A stretch of DNA of 34,162 bases from an uncultured Phycisphaeraceae bacterium (GTDB lineage Bacteria; Planctomycetota; Phycisphaerae; Phycisphaerales; UBA1924), in assembly GCA_964509325.1 (NCBI GenBank), contig CAZDYM010000001.1, forward strand, positions 1 to 34,162, in the 5' to 3' direction. Positions 32,701 through 34,162 of the stretch are shown in pieces. The first letter of the stretch is position 1. Every line of letters starts with the position of its first letter. The notes beneath the pieces are model-generated. The model was not told the origin of the DNA. It saw only the letters and a list, made by a program, of their open reading frames with translations, and ran no database searches. The position numbers and the translations under genes are program-made.

Positions 32701-34162
32701 TATTCCACGACGCCGCGGACGGCATGGACGTCAACGCCGTCTTCGATTCCGTCAACCCCGAGTCGGCCCTCATCTCATTCCTCCCCACCCTCTCCACGCT
32801 AGCCCAGACCGACCCGGTGACGGGCCGGAAGGCCTTCGCCGATCGCTCGATGTTCGCCTCTCGGTTCATCATGGGCTTCAACGAGAAGCTCAGCGCGCTG
32901 GGCTCACTCACCATCGACTCGTCCCAGGACGCGTTCCTGGGCGATATCACCTCCTTGGGCAACCTCCGAGTCCGCGCGGGTGCCCCGGCCACCGCCGACG
33001 CCCGCGCGCGCCAGGGCGACATTTACCTTCTGAAACGCACCGAGGGTGCGCTCCGCACCGCCTTCGCTAGCCGCAACGGCCGCGGTGGGAAGAACAACTT
33101 CGAGGGCGAGAGCGCCCGCCCGGGCCAGGCGTCGCCCGCCCTCGAGAGCGTGTTCTACGACGCCCCTGTTGCGACCACGTCCAACGCCGCGAACCCCGGC
33201 GCGACGCCCATCGTCCTTGACACCCCGCTGCTCGATAAAGGCCTTGATTATGTCTCGGGCGGGTCGGTGATCGAGTTCTTCGGGCGCATCGATTCCACCC
33301 CCGACGTGCAGTCCGATAGCACGAGCGCGCCCCGGCCGGCCGTCATCACTCCCCGGGCTCGGTTCGCGTCGTTCGGGCGCGCCAACGGTGCGATCGCCGG
33401 CACGCCCGTGCTGCTGCTCCGCGACAATCTTGACTTCAACGACCCTGGAAACGAGCCGGGCCGCGACCACAACGCCGTCGCCCTCTACCGGGTCTACTTC
33501 TCTGACCTTCAGGCCCAGCCCGCCAGCCCGTCCGATCCCGAGGGCAATCCACGAGTCGTCGATTCTCCCACGTTCGACATCGTGCTCGATCTCACCGCCG
33601 ACGGCATCGCCAACGGCGCCAATCTTACCGATCTGGTTGGCGCCTTCAACGACGAGTTCGAGACCGATCTCGCCTTCAATGTGACCGCGCTGAACCCCGC
33701 CGAGTTGGAGCAGTTCCGCGTGCTCGGGCTGAATCTCCGAAACGCGCCGGAAATCACCCGCTTCGACGCGCTGGTGGGACGAACCGTCTTCAACGACGCT
33801 CCGACCGCCGATCCCCGCGCCAACGCGCCCCGCACGATTGTCCCGGGGGTAAGCCCCTCGCTCCAAGATGTCGGGATGTCTGTCGTGACGGTCGACCGGA
33901 TCTCGACGCTCCGCGCCCGCGAGTTTCTCGATCGCTACGAGCAACTCAAGAACGACGAGCTCCCATGGAAGAGCGTCCTGGATCAACTGAAGAAAGCGGA
34001 AGTCCGAAACGGAGCCGAAGCGACCGCCGCCGCACTCTTCACGCCCGGTGGTGACGAAACTCTCGCCGACGCAGCCAGCATGTTCGAGGCCCTCCGGACG
34101 CTCCGCGATGGCCTCGTCGCCATCGGGCTGACTGAAACAGAGGTCGATCGGGCTTGGATCGG
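20799..34162 (+). CDS. Giant TpsA exoprotein (filamentous haemagglutinin-like, TPS domain plus beta-helical repeats), partial; continues beyond the right edge
   Basis: Hand translation in the frame of the ATG at 20799 (GGGAGA 8 nt upstream). It gives a signal peptide (MASFAFALRPRALRARLASFRGSRGVWALAALSGSCLSVHAAP), then a TPS domain (AIIHFSKLGVPEGSTLRFDQPSASSRVLGRITSKAPTQIDGSLLANGRVFLVNRAGIMFGRNAVVNVGALYAAAG). The GGDGGFIETSS...GTWLIDPLSIRIV signature is at 22038-22154. I translated 20799-21620, 21960-22200, 22560-22700, 23520-23765, 26700-27180 and 31980-34162 and found no stop. No + ORF in this frame appears in the track, which fits one uninterrupted frame of at least 4454 codons. Confidence 0.85.
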   Translation, partial: MASFAFALRPRALRARLASFRGSRGVWALAALSGSCLSVHAAPPEVAISRVAAGSAKVTTAGDVTAIRTSDRAIIHFSKLGVPEGSTLRFDQPSASSRVLGRITSKAPTQIDGSLLANGRVFLVNRAGIMFGRNAVVNVGALYAAAGDIADRDFLRGDLRFRTAPGGVVTNLGSINTDGTAALIGRQVLNVGNVRSSAGTVVFAAGPDVFVGENGSNVLVKMNGRAGPAGSTAPGVTNKGRASGRGVVFAASDALGAAILNQGVVSAPGGRVEMKAEAGVSIEAPVAVASEFGHAGSVSIDAGRAGHAEIKATIDATSSAAGGLGGSVEVSGAEIRLTGATIDASGAGGGGSVYFGGREFGGPGLPTARLAFVAEDAAIRADALDFGAGGRVVVFGSGLAQVDGSLTARGGLRGGDGGFIETSSRGALRLPTAPNVGVRSGDGAAGTWLIDPLSIRIVAGNGQTDIDGDGSGANPFVPTDPGASGAEFATLGADVITDALALGNVTVTTFPGVGAPGTGDIIVGAPILFSGPTTPAGEDRTLTLSAFNGITFERGVAATNLGGRAFTLVLQAGRGAGQAGAVRQVAVAPPPPPGPVDGGGSEQGRGEPGGGSGEAGSGGLGDGSGLGSGNPGINLGPTGALIISGGSVEATAGIVASSVTINNVAGSVKLSGVDAPGGVSFGNVGGPVTLAAPANADVVVGPSSINGLAAFTATGTGRVRGVAPGTLVSAGSIAVNSGSAAADAVSLLNLATSGPVSVNAANGGVILGSAQTTALTLGMITAGTSLNVITAGDLVNTGAISVTGGSAGATTATFVSQQGDVTLTGLNVARRISASASAAGGDISLTSTPGTAMDVASAAAGRSITLSAPTDTGAAVLGTLTTGALTAGTGATTIDLRADRMNLTGGDGSIQNQGGGGTLRIRPDSVARNVSIGGAAADDASTLGLSGAELLAFRDGFASVVIGSLDTANAVSGNYTFVGNATLRDPLTIGTTGAFGSSAAGNALTAAGPDPVTLTIRADNALPPPPGSTLVTNLSGVTVGPLTAGRAVRLGANGDATTLNLDQALIDLLSPTLATGTLTITGASVSLPAGALTFARPTTFDAGVGALSLTGNIAANGVSTAQVPSLTLRGGSLDLGGTITLADTNTVRLDSTGELNVNAAGTGAGMTLSQAEIDRIAGVSVSVSLDATGSVRAGGVNFGPRKVVVEEDKNLTDGIDFFEVTGNIDTLGAFFNVNRDAVLTADAAINVNRIENPVADAVRFGKTLISGPGGPYSLTINPGTRGNTTFIGNVGGTTTADFGSRLEQLAVTSSPGAPGEATVRVQAGLRAETVSLAGRSLELAGSTITATSAAADVSTNTVVLNAFGAEADPAARLINLTNATVRAQGPNAGEGGGVLVQATSGSGAAALGTINLQNATLRSQRVDGTVELRADVMTNAANAANAASIDAERVVLTTSSGTRPISIGSFNQPDALHVSDLLIQRVDAANLDLITIGDDARAGAVRFGNISTGGRNLRLLRAGANPEIAGIPDAGQNTVGVTTSGGSFTIGRFTDQLAGETSVPNDLRIADNSTLTINTAVPATSGGGAARVTGVTRGAAANTGESLVVRAGDGSGPAQDGAVQFDGSVTARSIDVRGGSVRFVDGFTAGVGGATLNATDDARRTLVQGAADSTSVSFIRFIGNAATERSLTASGGRITVERGDSAANGGNGAGNLLIGRTLPQGVVEPEDVTLASQDGTLDPSGISVAGATTLLNARTTLLTQGDAVTLTGAVNGTGGPDGAPEALAIDTQFNGAPTPGDVTLTSGVFGAGEAVNEQGLRSLRVVSADDLTVGAVRVSHDFRTSSADGSAARQTTGNIVATGHVEAGEIDLRTDDPALGFALDRTITLQRGFSTTRPAAAAPGQAGTANFVALTTTLEGPASTADQGVDFTGNAEVRAGAALTATNDDVRVLAHTIAPGTPNTGNLTANAPVTALAGNVTTDASLNANADVTARRNVSVGANLTVGGTLAVAIRSTGTGTDSGSVTVNGSSTFENDALLATAGSTASAAGTLSDVRLGDNANVDRVLIASGADVEIRTIDGNITINGPVTGTGTAATPVSNDRLVVNAGDSTGGNANGVVLFNGPVGAEANGAAADALQSLSVTGRDVAFNGDVGSQDGAASGVGDLWRVRAGEALAFRGDRYRAGSMDINFTSTGATAPHVATLADGLGSEFRTDGSDGLNLVGGIAGANAGTIMGESLTAVGETLLVDAGDAGAIRLGRIVGPTAEGITDVTIANATNAAVPIADADAVTVFGNGTLSSIDITGTLRATQEIRGDVTFEGRVISNRIDITVDTGPTGGPTNLADITLRQGFAVSDAAAASVYAAILNARQTTIAGQDSTSAKGINIIGEGLSTARVTATTGDFVVTSGSHTENAGLSASAGSVLVDGTLTANGGTTAAVDVWTGVDLNANAGVDAGNDISVGRNLNANALVDAVRNVKVFGDATIGAAGAAIRSTGTAGAGGTVDIDGSSTFNASGEITTAGDNGTITLGDSAADVITVGDGVSAVVETAAGAITINAGRIVGTGSDESLRIDAGTTTRRAVTISANVGMNNAGTAIDNPLTTLNVTGSTIGFTGVIGTGTSSDNGVVGSAGVDGVATFRALDGITFVNPAGTVAADAYFHAGVWSIDADTDLLNNASSNFVAHGRLVSDGDISINAAQSITLNQGFASGTGGEFTAGQTNFNNRASTSGANTQVNGTANVNASLSAGGGVGITNDANLSASVFAASGGVVVGDTTRFLQSTSIVSSGSGASISLGSDEATDRLLVADGRTATITANNGAITITGDTLGFNPVGGTGAGETLTVNAGTGAVRFNGGIGITLSPTETLDALETATITGGSVTVTRSIGREGANGIGVRTLTINAADGFTLNETFAQNPSTATHVHTIVASANTDGDADGVGTVNGRLIADRSLSLSGVSLLLARGFEASNADGALADDDFAAVLTAVDSTIRGRASSSQKGLLIDGNAVFEADVTTFNFGRTGLFGATTLQERALGLGVTGNTTLSDTDAANAGLTLATNGQTARFGDALTDSMLVRGGTAARVLTGNGTSAAPGTLGGDLLISGEILGESGQAGRTLLLSAAANTDTPTGAAPGALENAGAVTVNGLVGVIAGGAARPIDELRVIGRAATLAQGVGNSGAAGVEGNLFLTAQTASLGTAGESRWVSTGGSQDYNADVRLRGAKLSFRSQRGASGAPIVSDTFAVKFRRTLASDPAAAERTAVDLFSLGRIDFLGDVTRLGDFESQPGASDRVSYFADNGVLFGPSVTRFEAMRAVFRDHVTFAASAVLTFRTQPGSPGILEFRTTTGGPTGPNDSAISTWTTDLVIDAGGPVRFLDVVKGIKRIELGGINFEVGPEITVSDEILIKTDTVLRNDLRLGGNRITFQRTVNGSGLNLTIGDGTETTTFQGEVTNLGSFLSSNTGSTVLGANFTANNADLRNTLTFSAAGPYIMTVNQLGTFNAIEGNSADVTIRGQSLNFTNGGLNFGKLLITGLSPTASVAAQGAFSSGAGGAVIELPVTLTGDTSWTGTGAQVEFLQTITGNTPENTRFDFTFTGNASSLRLAGNAEGFERFTFTGNTADSNLLVNADLLTARDIDVTGDLRVQSRALGLGYNPELSGTADALFTESITITGNVLSFGSEPVRLRARAKTITVTGSIGTEERPVQSWEAFAIAGQDQQTTINEMVFLEAGEGADEAAIAVFRTPAQLNQGLRILRRPGTSSTIRRFAVLRFSKDLTLGGTISFDDALAGADDTYALSRMEFRGVLHLLSQGATIDLRGAGPGSQGVFFFGGVRNAEGVNRAPFTVLVNTTTPNTAQRWLKRRPTRSAAPNLDNNVELAFGPDGNLVVKDPRQFARVDYRDVIPVIAFGGDLGTADSRLGEVRLNVPNGLLPIAINEQGRFKAGSARKFREYVPKVASVWAGIFDDKKAVFHDAADGMDVNAVFDSVNPESALISFLPTLSTLAQTDPVTGRKAFADRSMFASRFIMGFNEKLSALGSLTIDSSQDAFLGDITSLGNLRVRAGAPATADARARQGDIYLLKRTEGALRTAFASRNGRGGKNNFEGESARPGQASPALESVFYDAPVATTSNAANPGATPIVLDTPLLDKGLDYVSGGSVIEFFGRIDSTPDVQSDSTSAPRPAVITPRARFASFGRANGAIAGTPVLLLRDNLDFNDPGNEPGRDHNAVALYRVYFSDLQAQPASPSDPEGNPRVVDSPTFDIVLDLTADGIANGANLTDLVGAFNDEFETDLAFNVTALNPAELEQFRVLGLNLRNAPEITRFDALVGRTVFNDAPTADPRANAPRTIVPGVSPSLQDVGMSVVTVDRISTLRAREFLDRYEQLKNDELPWKSVLDQLKKAEVRNGAEATAAALFTPGGDETLADAASMFEALRTLRDGLVAIGLTETEVDRAWI

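Noticed and set aside
20649-33986. Many long minus-strand ORFs in the track, e.g. 20649..22607, 21581..23527, 25227..28025, 27722..28834, 28844..30364 and 32904..33986
   Set aside because: They lie antisense to the single open TpsA frame. They translate to Arg/Pro/Gly-rich or Ser/Pro/Ala/Thr-rich low-complexity strings with no motifs, and they overlap one another in different frames. This is a typical high-GC antisense artefact. The sense frame carries a textbook TPS domain.
1-34162. Scan by eye for CRISPR arrays, tRNA/rRNA genes, IS inverted repeats and integrase/transposase motifs
   Set aside because: I found nothing convincing. The only regular repeats are short coding repeats (5487-5534, 9311-9439, 25101-25127) and degenerate beta-helix repeats in tpsA. 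This was a visual scan, so small ncRNAs cannot be excluded.

Overview
High-GC bacterial window. I saw no rRNA, tRNA, CRISPR array or IS element. All product calls come from motifs read by eye and from gene order; no database or HMM search was possible. The window has three blocks.

(1) 1-12546: part of a non-flagellar type III secretion (injectisome) locus.
- Minus strand: a Ysc/Psc-like run of yscE-like ORF, sctF-like needle gene, yscG-like TPR chaperone, yscH-position ORF, sctI, sctJ and an sctK-position ORF that is partial at the left edge.
- This run is preceded by an unassignable 471-aa lipoprotein where sctC/sctD would be expected.
- Plus strand: four candidate secreted proteins without signal peptides, followed by sctV.

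(2) 12550-17611, minus strand: an apparent five-gene operon. It encodes an FHA-GAF-PP2C phosphatase, an FHA protein, a Hanks Ser/Thr kinase, an FHA protein with a C-terminal TM anchor, and a FliA-type sigma factor. The operon ends 3 bp from the sctV stop and is divergent from block 3.

(3) 17788-34162, plus strand: a two-partner secretion pair.
- An unusually long TpsB (954 aa).
- A giant beta-helical TpsA, at least 4454 codons and still open at the right edge. It is missing from the ORF track because it has no stop in the window.

Most long ORFs in the track that lie opposite these genes are high-GC antisense artefacts.

Most interesting observations:
- A 316-aa protein joins a DUF1521/MIIA GD|PH Ca2+-dependent self-cleaving domain to a complete needle-subunit-like helix-turn-helix.
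- The sctF-position gene has a canonical needle C-terminus but a glycine-rich N-terminal half.
- A 501-aa candidate translocator carries antimicrobial-peptide-like KKxGGA repeats.
- An FHA/kinase/phosphatase/sigma module sits between the T3SS and the TPS system.
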